Source: Selaginella moellendorffii (Eukaryota; Plantae; Lycopodiophyta). Taken from it: a stretch of 64,000 bases of DNA. The notes under the pieces are model-generated. The model was given only the letters and a program-made list of their open reading frames with translations, did not search any database and was not told the DNA's origin. The stretch is taken from contig NW_003314294.1 in the NCBI RefSeq assembly GCF_000143415.4, positions 1,106,416 to 1,170,415 on the forward strand, read 5' to 3'. The position numbers and the translations under genes were made by a program. Of this stretch, positions 49,301 through 64,000 are shown piece by piece. How positions within the stretch are numbered: position 1 is the first letter of the stretch; each line of letters begins with the position of its first letter.

Positions 49301-52300
49301 TACCTTTAATAAATGCTGGAACAACCCAAGGAGTTGGGGGTTGTACTTAGAGATGAGTGGTATTCTCATCGCATGGACAAGTAGTCCTAAGAGGCAAAAG
49401 TTGCCCCCAGAGAACAAAATCAAGTGTCGGAGTAACACTTGTGAAAATAGTCCTTTTGAGTAGGACAAGAATGCAAGAAGTGTATTCCAGTGAGCTAGTG
49501 CCTCACAAGTAGGACCTTAAGGGTCTGTGGATTAACCAAGTCCAAAACTGCTGATGACTCAAGTAGAGTCAAGGGATGGTCCTAAAAGGACTGATGGAAG
49601 CATTTGGATTGAGGTGTGTTGTACCCCACAAAGGATGGGGGGGGGGATCATAGGATCCAAGGATGAGAACAGAGGGTATCTCATCGATGGCAAAATGTGA
49701 CATGCTAAAGTTATGGGAAAGGTGTTCTCAGAAGAAAACAACTTTGACACAAAGTTGTGTGTGACCTCTATGGTGCAGTGCTAACGGATGGTTGGCATGA
49801 GAAAGAGCGGTGTTGGTCTTGGCAAAAACATAAACACGAAGGGGAAGTGTCATAGAGGTAGGCTTGTGGAGCCGATGGTGTGGAGACACCAAATGTGCCA
49901 AGGTGTGATACCTTGAGGCTATGTTGGTGGGTTCATGAGAACCCCTTGCCAAAGGAATCCCAATGGAAATGGGAATGGCATAGCCTAAGCTGCAGAGCAT
50001 GCAATTGGAGTGTGGTGACCCAAATAATGATGGAGGTGTGAAAGCACCAAACAATGAGTTGTAGGACTTGACAACTATGAGGCAACTAAGCAAGAGGTGC
50101 AAAATAACTGGTTGAACGGGTAGAAGGTAGCTACCCAAGACTTCTTAATAGCATAAGGAAGTCGGATACACCCTTACGGGGGATAAGTTGCTTGTGTTGC
50201 GATATAGTAAGTCAATGTCATAAAAGGAAATACTCATTGTCAAGAAAGCCATCATTGGGACACCCGAACACTCTAGAACACCAGAAGGTGGTGTTTGATG
50301 CCGTGAGGGCAATGGATAAAGCCCAAGGGACTAAGTCCCTAGCAAATGATGGATAGAAGGTGCTATCCAAATGTCCAAGGTTGCGGAGACAGGAGAGGAC
50401 TGTCTACCCGAGTTGGACAAAGCCAAAAATGGAATTTTGGCAAGGCTAGTGATGGGCATGTAAAGGCCCATAAGCAACAATGTAATCCCAGTGTGTGGGA
50501 TTATAAGGTGAGTATACCCGGATTGAGGAACCACTCCCTAGGCTATTGGGTAGGTTCATCCCTAAGAATACTTGCTAAAGCATGATAGAAAGTGCAAAGA
50601 TATCCTCCTGGTCTGGAAGAGAATGACCAAAGGAAAGGTGTGAAGCCAAAAAGCAAGAAGTAAGGGGATAGAACCGAACCGTAGGAATCAAAGGGCATAA
50701 CCAAGGTTGGTTATGCCAGCTGGGAGTGGAGAATCAAGTGGGGGCTCGAGGGTGTTGCCGCTAGCAACCGTGATGCCATGGAGAGTCTAAAATATGGAAT
50801 TGTCCATGTTAGACTATGTGGCATTTGGAAGGCTTGCAAAAAGGGAGGCCTTAGCAAGCTGAGGGACAGAGTTCCTTCAAGGTTCCCAAAGACGATTCTA
50901 GGTAGCTTAGTACCTAAAAAAGCCAAGTGTAAATGGTTCATGGAACGCGCGAAATCAGAGTGGCGCAGCAGAAGCGTGGTCTTGAAGCTTGCCATGAGGC
51001 AAGGATATCAATGTTAGGGAAGTAGTTCCCGAGTGTTCAAAAAGAGGACTTTGAACGAAAGTCGATGGTCAAGGACTTTCACGCTTATGCAGGAACCATG
51101 TTATAGTGGTTGGAGGACTTGCCAAGCGAGATTGGCACGTCGGAGGAACAAATACCCTAGTTGAAGGTGATAACTTCAAAAAGGGTGGGCCATGGGGTCG
51201 AGCATGGAGGAGTCCATGCATGATCACAGACATGTCAAGTGAGAGGACTTGGCAGTGTGGAGGAACTAGGTTCCTAAGCTGTGATCTGTAGCGCGCTTTA
51301 AAAATAAGTTGGTGCACCGGCGTGGGGAGTCACGTCAGGCATCTTGTGTGATGCCGTCCGTAGATGCATATACGGAGGTTGGGTTCGAGTCCCGACCCTC
51401 TAGTGCTTGGGTTCGAGTCCCAAATCACTAGGGCGTGGTGATGGTTTGGAATATGAGGACACTCATATTTCGGTGGTCATGAACTCTCAGTGGGGAGACT
51501 GGTTTGGGCACACCGCCAAGCGAGGGATGCCTCGGAGTCGTGATGCACGGTTAGATTGCTTAGTGTGAAAGCTCGGCATATCTAACTTGAACGCTTTGGT
51601 GCAAGTGGCACCAAGGACGTGGTGAGTGAGATGGGGACACCTAATCTCAGTTGTTATGGACCCTTGGCCGGAAGGGCTTTCTTGGGCGCACTGCCAAGTG
51701 TGGGGGATGCCCCTGGGGTCGTAGTTAACAAGTTAAAGGTCTGGAAGACCTAGTACCTATTGGCAAACCTGTTAAAGTGCCGAGGTGAGATCACTAGGTG
51801 ATCTTGTGGCTAAATAAGGACAAGGTCCTTGTTTGGGTTAAGGAATAAGGTTCCTAGTTCAAAGTGTTGATTTGAACTATTGATGATGGTGTGGCTTGGT
51901 CAAGGTGACCAAGTGGGAAAAGCACCTTAGGGAAGTGAGCTATGTCATTGCGATGGCATAGTGTGTCCAAGGAAAGTAGTCTTTAAAGAGACCCATGAGA
52001 GGGTCACAAAGTTGGGCCAAGGATAAAGCCCACAGCAGAAGATGCTAAAAGAGACTTACTAGGGGTGAACACCCTAGTCTTGGTAAAGCAGAGCCTTTGC
52101 TATGGAATCAAAAGAACACCTCAAGGAGAGAGGTAGAGATTCGATGTTGCTTGGTGCAATAATCAATGGATAGGAGCAAAAGATGAGTGGCCAAGATAGG
52201 GCCGTGGAATTCCTTGGAAGGAATCCAAGTGACAAAGTTAGGCGAGGAACACTAATGTGTTGGACGCTAACAAATTGCGGGAAAGGAAGTGTGTTTCCAA

Positions 52301-55300
52301 GGATGGATTCCGAATTGCTCCGATTTGGCGAAAGTGGAAGCTCCAAGGGAAGGAGCGGTAAGGTAGCCAAATGATAGGGCGATGGACAACCTTAGCACAA
52401 AGTGTGATAAATGGAACTTAGTGCCCAAGGTGGCACGAAATAGAAGAGAGAATGATGGTGCCCTCGAGTAGAGACTTCCTAGGATGGGAAGTGGAGTTGC
52501 ACAATCTGTGCAATGCAAGGTGTTGGAGACACCTAGGAAATTGACTTCCAAAAGTTAAAAGAGTAAAAGTTCCAAGGTGCAAACATTCAATAGATGGAAA
52601 TTGAGACTACTTGAGAAGGAGTAGTGGGATTGACTTAGAGAAGGGTCTCTAAGAGGTTTAGCGAGAACTAAACCAATAAAAGGAGAGAACCACTACATGT
52701 GGTCCAATCAGTCTCTAAGTTGGAGAGACTACCCTCCTTAGAGGATATGCAAAAGGCATGGTGAGCCTTCAATGTCCAACCATTGACGAATATGGAGAAG
52801 GCATGGTGAGCCTTCAATGTCACACCATTGACAAATATTGGCTACGCGCCAAGGATGGAAATGGTAACACATGCGGGTGTTACTTTATAAAATGGTTCAC
52901 CGTTCGATGAGGACATTGAACTTCGTCTATGGGTGGTGGAGTTGTGAGACACAAAATCCCTAGGCCCCAAAGTGGAGCCGGAAGGGCGCCACATGGTAGT
53001 GGCCGAAGTGAGAGCCAAACGAGTGTAACACGTTTGGACCAAAAGCTCCGACTTGAAAAGTCAAGAGCGGGAGTGGAACTCCCAACGAAGTGCTCGAGGA
53101 ACGAGCACGAAGCGAGCACAAGGCGAGGCTCCAAAAAGGGACCCAAAAGGACCAACACATGACACATGGGAGTGTCCGAGATGGACTCGAGTTGGAGTCC
53201 GAAGTGGAGTCCGAGATGGACCCGAGTTGGAGTCCGAAGTGGAGTCCGAGATGGACCCGAGTTGGAGTCCGAAGTGGAGTCCGAGATGGACCCGAGATGG
53301 AGTCCGAGATGGAGTCCGAAGTGGAGTCCGAGGTGGACCCGAGATGGACCCGAGTTGGAGTCCGAGATGGAGTCCGAGATGGAGTCCGAGGTGGACCCGA
53401 GATGGACCCGAAATGGAGTCCGAGATGGAGTCCGAGATGGATCCGAGATGGAGTCCGAGATGGAGTCCGAGATGGACCCGAGATGGACCCGAGATGGAGT
53501 CCGAGATGGAGTCCGAGATGGAGACCGAGATGGAGTCCGAAGTCGAGACCGAGACCGAGATCGAGACCGAGACCGAGACCGAGATCGGGACCGAGACCGA
53601 GACCGAGGCCGAGGCCGAGACCGAGCCCGAGTCCGAGTCCGAGTCTGAGTCCGAGTCCGAGTCCGAGTCCGAGTCCGAGTCCGAGTCCGAGTCCGGAGCC
53701 TGAGAGGGTGAAAGCCCAAAGCGTTCGTCTCCCAGACCCTGGGGGGTTTGGTGAGCTCCAAAAGTATAGTGAGGGGGAGGACTGCAGTGGAGCCAGTTTG
53801 GCCAAGAAAGGCCAGTTTGGCCCAGGAAGGCCGGACCCAGTGTTGGGTGATGAGCTGCCCACTGGGAAGTCCAAGACTAGAGTGAACACAGACCGACAAG
53901 CGGGGTAGCTTGGTGAAGTGTTCAAGAGCCGGCTCTAGTTCCCCCGGGAGATCGACTGGCCAATGCTCCCAATCCAAGTGTGGGTGGCACTACCTACTTG
54001 GATACCTGGTGTGGCTCAACGGAACCCGCTCTAAGCCCATGGCTAGAGCACCCAAGGGCAGAAGGCGAGGAGAGTACCTAGGTGGCTTGCGTAAGGCCAC
54101 GGTGCTCCGAAATGTTGTCCCAAAGGCCCAGACTGTGGAAAGGAAGAGGAGCAGTCCTCTGGGGTAGTGACCAAGGACACAGTCGTGTGGTGAGGAAGTC
54201 CCAGAGGACCGTGGGACTTAGTGGTCGGGCCTGTGGGTCTCGATCCAGTGGCAGTGTTGGCAAACACGGCCAGGGGCAGAAAGGGACTTAGTGGGGACTG
54301 ACAGAGGGATATTGGGGAAGGCTATTCCCCTTGTCGGTGGGCATCCTAAGGATGCTAAGGAGTGGATCTGAGATGACCACTCCCGGATGGTTTGCCTAGT
54401 CTTGGAGAGCCAAGATGGTGATGCAAGTGGTATTGGACTACCAGTGTGGCAAAGGTGATTGGGCATGGCCTTAGCGTAATGGGCTGCTATGTCGGTGGTA
54501 CCTTTGAGCATCGGTCATGGGATCGGACACGTGGAGCACTTGGACCAAGTGCAAATGTTGAGTGGCATGGATGCCATTCTCGGGGCTAGCAAGTCCCAAG
54601 TCCTGGATTGAACTTATGGAGGTTGTGAATGAGACTCCTCCAAGTGGTCAGAGGTGTGGTTAAGTGACTAAAGTAGAATGGAAAATTTAGTCGCTTACAG
54701 TCAGATAGTGTCAAGAGAAGGTTTAGCTGTCGATCCAGCCAAGATGCAGGTGATCATGCAACTGGTGTCACTAGAGACTGTGAAGCAACTGCAGGCATTT
54801 CTTGGGCATGTGGGATATCACCGCCATTTTGTGAGGAAATTTGCCGAGAAAGCTCTACCCTTGACTAGCCTGCTGAAGAAGGGGGCTAAATATGAGTGGA
54901 CAGCTGCATGTGAGGCGGCCTTCCAACGCTTGAAACTGGCACTAGCGAACGCGCCAATTCTGAAGATGCCGGATTGGAATCTAGAGTTTTACGTTCATGT
55001 GGATGCATCAGCAATGGCCATTGGTGTGGTGATGTGTCAACGATCAAATGGACGAGCAGATCATCAAATATGTTACAGCAGCCGTCAACTTTTGACAGCT
55101 GAGAAGAGCTATTCAGAAACTGAGAGGGAAGGACTTGGCATGATCTATGCGATCCAGCAATATCGGCATTATCTACTTGGCAAGGAGTTCGTGTTTTTCC
55201 TCAATCATTAGGCATTGAAGTATTTAATAGGGAAGCCATGCAAGACGGGAAGAATCACACATTGGCTGTTGCTGCTCTAGGAATTTCAGTTCCAGATTGT

Positions 55301-56137
55301 GTTGAAACCTGGAAGCAGCCATTAGATGCCGGATCACTTATCGAGGCTGCCACCACAGGACAGTGATGAGGAAGTAGGCGTAGAGGATGATTTGCCAGAC
55401 GCACCTATCTTCAATTTGAAACGGTGCCAGACTGGTATGCCGAGATGGTTAAGTTCCTTGGCAATGGCGAATATCCGGCAGGGTTGAATAACTGGCAGCA
55501 GTGACGGCTTCTATTGCAGAGCCGACTCTACACGATGGTTGGTGGTGTATTGTACCGGATTGGACGAGATAGCATACTGAGGTGGTGTTTGCTACCACAT
55601 GAGATGACTAAGGTGATAGTGGCATGCCACAACTCGGCATATGGAGGCCACTTTGGAACAGAAGTGACAGTGGAGCTTGAAGTTCCAGCCTTGAGGACAG
55701 CTGTAGAGCATGCTATGGACTGGGATGGTGCCATACAGCAAAGGTTGAACGAGCTAGAACGATTGGATGAGACGAGGTTGCTAGCATTTCAAGCTAGAGA
55801 GGCATTGCAGAAGCGGAGAAAGAAATGGCATGATGATCACATTCGAGAGCGGAAGTTTGCAATAGGGGATTTGGTGCTGTTGTATGGCAGCAAGTTTTGG
55901 AAGCGGCCAGGAAAACTCAAGATACAGTGGCTGGGCCCTTACGTGGTGGTGAATGTCAACAACAATGGCTCGGTGCAGGTGGCAAATTTGAGTGGGAACT
56001 TGCTGCCAACGCGGATCAATGGTTTCTGATTAAAGAAGTACCATCCACGTTCAAATGTTGAAACAGCTGGAGCTGAGCGAGAGTCCAATGTGTCAGAGTT
56101 GTCTGAATCAGAGTCAAGGATGACCAAAGCTGAGGCC
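43357..56137 (+). pseudogene. Gypsy gag-pol pseudogene (about 43357-47098 joined to 54705-56137)
   Basis: In-frame stops and frameshifts. The RT reads HGVLLGQ|IVSREGLAVDPAK across the C insertion. The integrase core is missing. Confidence 0.88.
47099..54699 (+). mobile_element. Non-autonomous LTR retrotransposon copy C, inserted in the Gypsy RT
   Basis: LTRs 47099-48832 and 52943-54699. PBS TGGTATCGGAGC at 48836-48847. PPT before 52943. Perfect TSD GTCAG. Confidence 0.95.
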
Positions 56138-57299
56138 AGATGAGAGCTGTGGTTGTAGCTGAATGGGAAGTTCCAGAATTGAATGGAGGTATGTTGGTGT
56201 TTTCATTGAAGAACAAATGTAGAAGACATAGGTAGAGTTTGCTGCACATCCTTGAGAGGAGCAGCTGAGGGGGGAGATTTTATGAGTTCAGGTGTGGAGC
56301 GCCAGGAGGATTTATTTTTGGAGGCTGCAGACATCGGTGCTCAGCAAAAGTGTAGGAGAAGAGAGTTGAAAGAGATGGAGTGTTGCCGTGTGAGAAGTCA
56401 AATGGAGCCAAGTTGAGTGGTGTCTGAGGAAAGTGTAGTAGAGTTGGGTTTGAGCCAGTCAAGAAGTTAGTGGTTAATGGCAGTCAGCGTGCTGAGGGCA
56501 GCATGAGTATCAGGGTGGTATGGTGTCAACTATATATATGGTTGTATTTTCACACTTGAGGTTGCTTTTGTGAGTACTGACGTATTTCTGAGTTAGAAAA
56601 AGGTGAAAAATGAAGAAGTTCACTAAAGAAGCTTCCTAGGAATATTTCATCTAGAGAGAGAAAAAGTGACGGATTTCAGAAGTGAGAATTCGAAGAAGTT
56701 GTTTTCTATGAAGTTGAAGATCTTATCAAGGGAAGTTCTTTGGTGGTGAAATCAAGTTGATCAAAGTTGTGAATGAAGAGTTATTAGCTGGAAAAGTCTC
56801 AGCCATTGGTTGGTGTTTAAGTTTTTGGTAGTTTGAAAATTAAGTACGGCCATTCAGTTATTTTATAGTTCTTGTTTTCTCTCTCGGGTTCTGGAGTTCT
56901 CTCTACTCAAAAATGGTGGGACCTCTTATAGGCCATCGAGATTCCATCATTGTAGAGGAGTTACTCCAAACCCAACGCACTCAGTATGAGTGATTTGTAG
57001 TTACTGCTGAAATACAAGCCCTAAGGGAGTCTTTCCCGTCTTTCTTTGTTATCATATATTTTTCTTGACACCTAGAACACTTCAATTCCAAATCTAAAGA
57101 AAGGCTTGTGCCAGTTTTCAAAATTATGACAGTGTTTGCTAACCAAACAGCATATGCTAGGCAAGTGCACTATTAACAGTAAGAGTAAAAGTCATTTTTA
57201 GAACAATAAATTTAAATGTCATATACAATGCCTGATCATTATGTATTAAAGTGTTTGCAATATCTGTTCAGGCTATATTAACTATATTCCTTGGCTCTA

Positions 57300-59300
<2,001 letters not shown>

Positions 59301-60215
59301 AGTTCTCCATTATCACTAACAAAAACAATAGACTTCAACCATACTTTCACAATCTTGTTGCCCTTGACTCTTGAGAAACTTATATGGTGGCTATGGCTTC
59401 TTCTCATCGAAGTTGAGATTTGAGTGCTTGCAAGAACACAGAGCAAAAGAACCTTTCATCTTGAACAACTTTTCTGGCCTTTGGAGGTCCACTATCATCT
59501 GCTCCCTCCACCTCTAAAGGACAGCTCGTAAATCCTTCATCAAATCGAAACTTGGTAGGTTCTTGCTCTACCTTCTAGTCCATGTTCCGAGCCACCTGTG
59601 TCATTCTGGTGACTTCCACCAGTCAACCCTTCTATGTGATCTTTGGGTGAGATTACCGTCCGTGAGCAAGAAGCTGCTGAGTCTCTTTTGGATCTTGTTC
59701 TGAAACACCTGAGCAGCTTCTCGTCCCCGATCGATGAGTACTCCTTGTTCAGCTCAACTGCCTGCTGGATTTTGTTCTTGGCCTCGAGCCAAGCACACTT
59801 CCGCTGGACTTGGACTTTGAATGCGATGATGGCTTTGAAAGTCTCTCGGGATCTTCGCACAGACGCAAATCTGGATCGGCTTGAATCTCCCGGCTCACAA
59901 GTTCCATATAGCAACACGAGAGGCATCGCAACCAGCCTGGTACACGTTCTTCCCGAGCCAGTCGTTGCAGAGGAACTTGGTCTCAAAGATAGTGCTCACT
60001 AGCACCTTGCCGGACACTTCCTTGTACCATGCTCCCGCGGACCCTTAGAACAGTGTTCGTGATGCTCTCACTGCTGGACAGTCCAGCAAAACGTAGACTT
60101 TCCCTTGATCATCGAGTCCTGGAAGTTCTCGCACTGAAGAAACGGGTGCCAAGGTGCCAAGTTCCGAGAGCATGGACTGATTTATCATCCGAAGGAGAGG
60201 AATTCGCTTGCTTCA

Positions 60216-60317
60216 GGCCCAACTAACTAGGGCTAGATCGGACGGCTATAATTGATGGAAATAAATCAACGGTTAGATTTTAAAACAAATAAACCAATTG
60301 GAATAGGGTTTAGGGTT
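60216..60317 (+). promoter_or_regulatory. Site II motif (GGCCCA) and telo-box (TAGGGTTTAGGGTT) upstream of NOB1
   Basis: GGCCCA at 60216-60221 and tagggtttagggtt at 60304-60317. This pairing is typical of plant ribosome-biogenesis and translation genes. Confidence 0.55.
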
Positions 60318-60324
60318 CTTGGCT

Positions 60325-62120
60325 ATGGCGGTGGACGAGACGAGAGGATGGGCAGCGGCGGCGCGCAAGGATGCCGCACCCCCGCCGCCAATGCCGGCAT
60401 TTGTGCCGCGAGCGAAATCGAGCGATGGTGTCAACACGGTAGTAGTGGATGCGAATGCGCTCATCCGGGGGATTTCCATCTCGGGGCTCAAGTACGAGCT
60501 TTGCACCGTCAAGGAAGTCGTGAATGAGGTCCGGGATCCACGATCGCGAGCGCAGCTCAGCGCGCTTCCAGTGGAATTGGCGATCTTGGAGCCCTCTCCG
60601 GAATCTCTAGCCAAAGGTATGCTCGATTGTTTTGTATTTGTCTTAGTTTTTTTGTTTTTTCTGTGATAGTGGCCGAGTTTGCTCGAGCAACCGGTGATAT
60701 ACAGGCTCTATCCGCGATCGATCTCAAGGTTTTGGCTTTGGCTCACACTCTCGAAGTCCAGGTCCATGGTGGCGATTCTCACCTTAGAAATCGGCCGCCA
60801 CCGCTCGTTCGGCGCGTAGCGAAAAAGAATCACGAGCCCGAGCCGCCTGGCTGGGGATCAAACGTTCCAAATCTCGACGAGTGGGAGGAAATTGCTGAGG
60901 AACACGAGGATGAAGGAGACAAGAATGAGTCTCACATCCTTGGGCTCAAGGATCTCAGCTTGGGCGACGCTCAAAGTCCATGTCCTGTGACAGATCAAGG
61001 AGAGGAGGATATCAAGGAATGCATGGATTGTTGCAGTGACGGCGAAGTACCTGCCACGGATTTAAGTCCGGAGGAGGCTCGACTTCGTAGCATGCAGGAA
61101 GAAGATGGTGTTTTTGAAGATCAAGGGAAGGACGAATGCAAAGATGGTAACAGCGACGATGAAACAAACGGCGAAGCCACCACGGATCTAAGCCAGGAGG
61201 AGGGTCGTCTTCATACCATGCAACGACGTGAAGCCAGTGAAAATGTTTCAGAGGATCAAGAAGAGCCCGAGGGAGAAGAAGCTCCGTCGGTGACGGATGG
61301 AACTGAAAGCGAGGAAAGCTGGTCGGTGCTTCGACCGCTCTCCATGTCGAGCATCGCCTGCATGACAACAGACTTCGCGATGCAAAATGTGATCCTGCAA
61401 ATGGGACTGCGTTTACTCACTCCAAATGGGATTCAAGTTCGCGAGCTCCAAAGGTGAGTGCTTAGTTTTTCTTCTTCTTCTCTCTGATGGATTCTTAACT
61501 TATGATCGAGTATATCGTATCACAGGTGGGTTCTCAGGTGCCATGCGTGCAACACCGTGACTAGAGACGTGGGCCGCGTCTTCTGTCCCAAGTGTGGGAA
61601 TGGAGGAACTTTATCTCGTGCTTCGGTGAGCGTGGGACCAAACGGCACGGTGATAGGAGCGTCCAAGCGCAGGATAAACATTCGTGGCACGAGAGTAAGC
61701 TGGCAGAAACTCTTTTTTTGGTCACTTTTCTAACGTAACGCTTGCTCTGGTGTCTTTGCAGTACTCGCTGCCTCTGCCGAAGGGCGGCAGGGAAGGCGCT
61801 GCTCAAAATCCCATTTTGAGAGAGGATCAGTTGCCTCACAGGATCCTCCATCCCAAGAAATCGTCAAAAGCACCAGATGATGTAAGTCTCTAGCCAGATC
61901 GATCTGGTTTTGTCTTTCTGATAGCGGTGAGTGAACTAAACATCGTTGCTGGCTTTTTCTACAGGATCTGGACTACATCTCTTCCTTTGACGACGTGCTC
62001 CGGCCCAGGGGCAAAGAATCCTTCCAAAGCTCCGCAGCATCAATGAGAAATCTGGCCTCCCAGTTCTCCGGACGAAGGAATCCAAACGATTTGCACTACT
62101 CGAAGCACCGACGTCGATGA
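60325..62120 (+). CDS. NOB1: 20S pre-rRNA D-site endonuclease NOB1, 5 exons
   Basis: PIN domain VVVDANALIRG...EVRDPRSR, FARATGDIQALSAIDLKVLALAHTLE, CMTTDFAMQNVILQMGL, zinc ribbon CHAC...FCPKCGNGGTL, YSLPLPKGGR, LREDQLP, GRRNPN. Confidence 0.95.
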
Positions 62121-62414
62121 AAAGAGAAAGAAGAAGAAGAGATGGAAAAAAAAAACTTTTTCTCCTTTCTTTGTCGAGGTTTGGTCGTTTGTATCAGACA
62201 GTTATGATTTCTGTTAACGCCAACGGTCTTGACAGGTGGACGGTAGAGATCTCGCCGCGTGGGTGGCGGAGCTCGTTGGAAATGTGACTAGGCAGTGAAG
62301 GAAGGGAGCGTTCTTTTTAGGGTTCTTCCTTGACGGCCACGCAATCCACGCGAGCGCGATGGCGGGCGACGCCATCTCGCTCTAGCATCCAGGGGGGTCC
62401 ATCTTTTGGATCCA

Positions 62415-64000
62415 ATGTCGAGGAAGCAGCGGGATCCAGAGTCGCGGCAAAAAGACAGTGGCAGCTACTGCTGGAATTGGAAGAAGTGCAGCGCAGTCGC
62501 CTCTCCAGCTCTCGCCATCGCATTCGCCTGCTCCCTCGTCTATCTCCTCGTCCTGATCTTCGCAAGAAAGCCCTCTTGCCTCTTACATTCTTCCCGTTCC
62601 TCTTCTTTCTCCTCCTCCATCGCTTCTTCCACTTCCTCCTCTTTGCCCAAGCCCACTACTTTCTCCTTCGTGGACGTGGAGACTAGGCCAATCGAGGACG
62701 AAGACGACGATGATAGCAGCGATCCAGCGGGCAAAATGGCGAGCTTGGGAAACATCGTGTTTGGGATCGCCGCCACTGCCCGGCTATGGGATCGGCGTAA
62801 ATCCTACGTCAAGCTCTGGTGGCGGCCCAACGAGATGCGCGGATTCGTGTGGTTGGACGAGGCGATCCAGAACTACTCGAGCGGCGCCCTCCCGCCTTCC
62901 AGGATTTCGGGCAGCACTGCGGGGTTTCGCTACACGCACCGCGGCGGGCGGCGGGCGGCCATCCGGATATCGCGCATCGTGTCGGAGACATTCCGTGTCG
63001 GGTTGCCGGATGTCCACTGGTTCGTCATGGGCGATGATGACACGATCTTTGTCCCGGACAACCTGGTCAAGGTGCTGGCCAAGTATGATCATCGCAAGTT
63101 CTACTACATTGGCGCCAGCTCCGAGAGCCACCACCAGAATCTCATGTTCTCCTACGGCATGGCGTATGGCGGCGGGGGATTTGCTATAAGCTATGCTCTC
63201 GCCAGCGCTCTCGAGCAGCGCCACGACGAGTGCCTGGAGCGGTATCCTTTTCTCTACGGCAGCGACGATCGCATCCACGCTTGTATGTCGGAGCTCGGCG
63301 TTCCACTGACGAAGGAGCTCGGCTTCCACCAGGTAAAAATCCGATTTTTAGTTCAAGGATCTTGTTTTGATCTCCTCCTCTTGCAGCTGGATGTCCATGG
63401 CGATGTCTCGGGACTGCTCTCGGCTCATCCGATCGCTCCCTTCATAAGCATGCATCACCTGGACGTCATCCATCCCATTTTTCCAGGCGTGGGCCAGGCA
63501 GCGGCGCTTCGCCACCTCTCCAAGGCGGTCGACATCGACCCGGCCGGGATCTTCCAGCAGTCGATATGCTACGACCGCCAACGCTCCTGGTCGATCTCGG
63601 TCTCGTTTGGCTACATGGTGAAAGTGATCCGAGGCGGCCTCAAAGCTCCCAGGGACTTGGAGACCCCGACCCGGACGTTCATGAGCTGGAACCGGAGATT
63701 CGACGAGGACGGCTATTCTTTTACGAGCTTGCCTCCTCCAAAGTCGCCCTGCGACGTTCCGCTCGTCTTCCACATGAAGGAGGTGGCGTACGCGAGCCGA
63801 GATGGGATGAGCGTGAGTAACTACACTCAGACAAGGACGAAGAAGCACGGCGGTGACTGCCCTTCCAAGTCGGCCGAGGAACTCCGGTGGATTCAAGTCC
63901 TCAAGGAGCGCACCAAGGATTCCTGGTTTGTGGTAATTGAAGTTTGTGCTCTCCCACTTTCTATCTCTTTCTCACGGAAAGCGTTTTCGTGTATAGGCTC
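62415..64000 (+). CDS. DUF604 / Fringe-like (GT31-related) type II membrane glycosyltransferase, 3' truncated by the window
   Basis: Manual translation MSRKQRDPES...TM...IVFGIAATARLWDRRKSYVKLWWRP...WFVMGDDDTIF...MAYGGGGFAIS...YGSDDRI...GFHQ|LDVHGD...SMHHLD. Introns 63333-63386 and 63933-63996. It is absent from the ORF track because the frame stays open to the edge. Confidence 0.92.
   Translation, partial: MSRKQRDPESRQKDSGSYCWNWKKCSAVASPALAIAFACSLVYLLVLIFARKPSCLLHSSRSSSFSSSIASSTSSSLPKPTTFSFVDVETRPIEDEDDDDSSDPAGKMASLGNIVFGIAATARLWDRRKSYVKLWWRPNEMRGFVWLDEAIQNYSSGALPPSRISGSTAGFRYTHRGGRRAAIRISRIVSETFRVGLPDVHWFVMGDDDTIFVPDNLVKVLAKYDHRKFYYIGASSESHHQNLMFSYGMAYGGGGFAISYALASALEQRHDECLERYPFLYGSDDRIHACMSELGVPLTKELGFHQVKIRFLVQGSCFDLLLLQLDVHGDVSGLLSAHPIAPFISMHHLDVIHPIFPGVGQAAALRHLSKAVDIDPAGIFQQSICYDRQRSWSISVSFGYMVKVIRGGLKAPRDLETPTRTFMSWNRRFDEDGYSFTSLPPPKSPCDVPLVFHMKEVAYASRDGMSVSNYTQTRTKKHGGDCPSKSAEELRWIQVLKERTKDSWFVVIEVCALPLSISFSRKAFSCIG

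Larger units (their letters stand above)
42600..57070 (+). mobile_element. Decayed Ty3/Gypsy retrotransposon (no chromodomain seen), interrupted by copy C
   Basis: LTRs 42600-43145 and 56524-57070 (TGTCAA...TTGACA), perfect TSD CCTAG. Gag with CCHC knuckles, protease CVINGGAAIN, RT VFLDDFSV, RNase H HVDAS...ETEREGL, integrase remnants. Confidence 0.95.

Noticed and set aside
59460-60200. GC-balanced ORFs upstream of NOB1
   Set aside because: Possibly a gene fragment, but there is no motif I can name and no clear start or splice pattern.

Overview
Plant nuclear DNA. The very short (about 45-65 nt) GT-AG introns and tight gene spacing suggest a Selaginella-like lycophyte (inference). The left 25 kb is a transposon nest: an edge-truncated DNA-transposon-like ORF absent from the ORF track, a low-quality junction, a truncated LTR element (D), a decayed Copia, and a non-coding LTR element (A) with a same-family copy (B) inserted antisense inside it. 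The 26-41 kb gene island holds an IQM-like gene, two hairpins, a long coiled-coil gene head-to-head with a CERK1-type LysM receptor kinase, PsbQ and a COBRA-like gene. At 41-59 kb, Helitron relics flank a decayed Ty3/Gypsy element whose RT is split by a third non-coding copy (C). NOB1 and a DUF604/Fringe-like glycosyltransferase end the window. The best candidate for an undescribed system is the A/B/C non-autonomous (LARD-like) family. It has no recognisable protein coding, yet it keeps TSDs, PBS and PPT, variable satellite arrays in its LTRs, mosaic internal blocks, and a conserved five-hairpin RNA cassette with palindromic loops. All calls are by eye, with no database searches.
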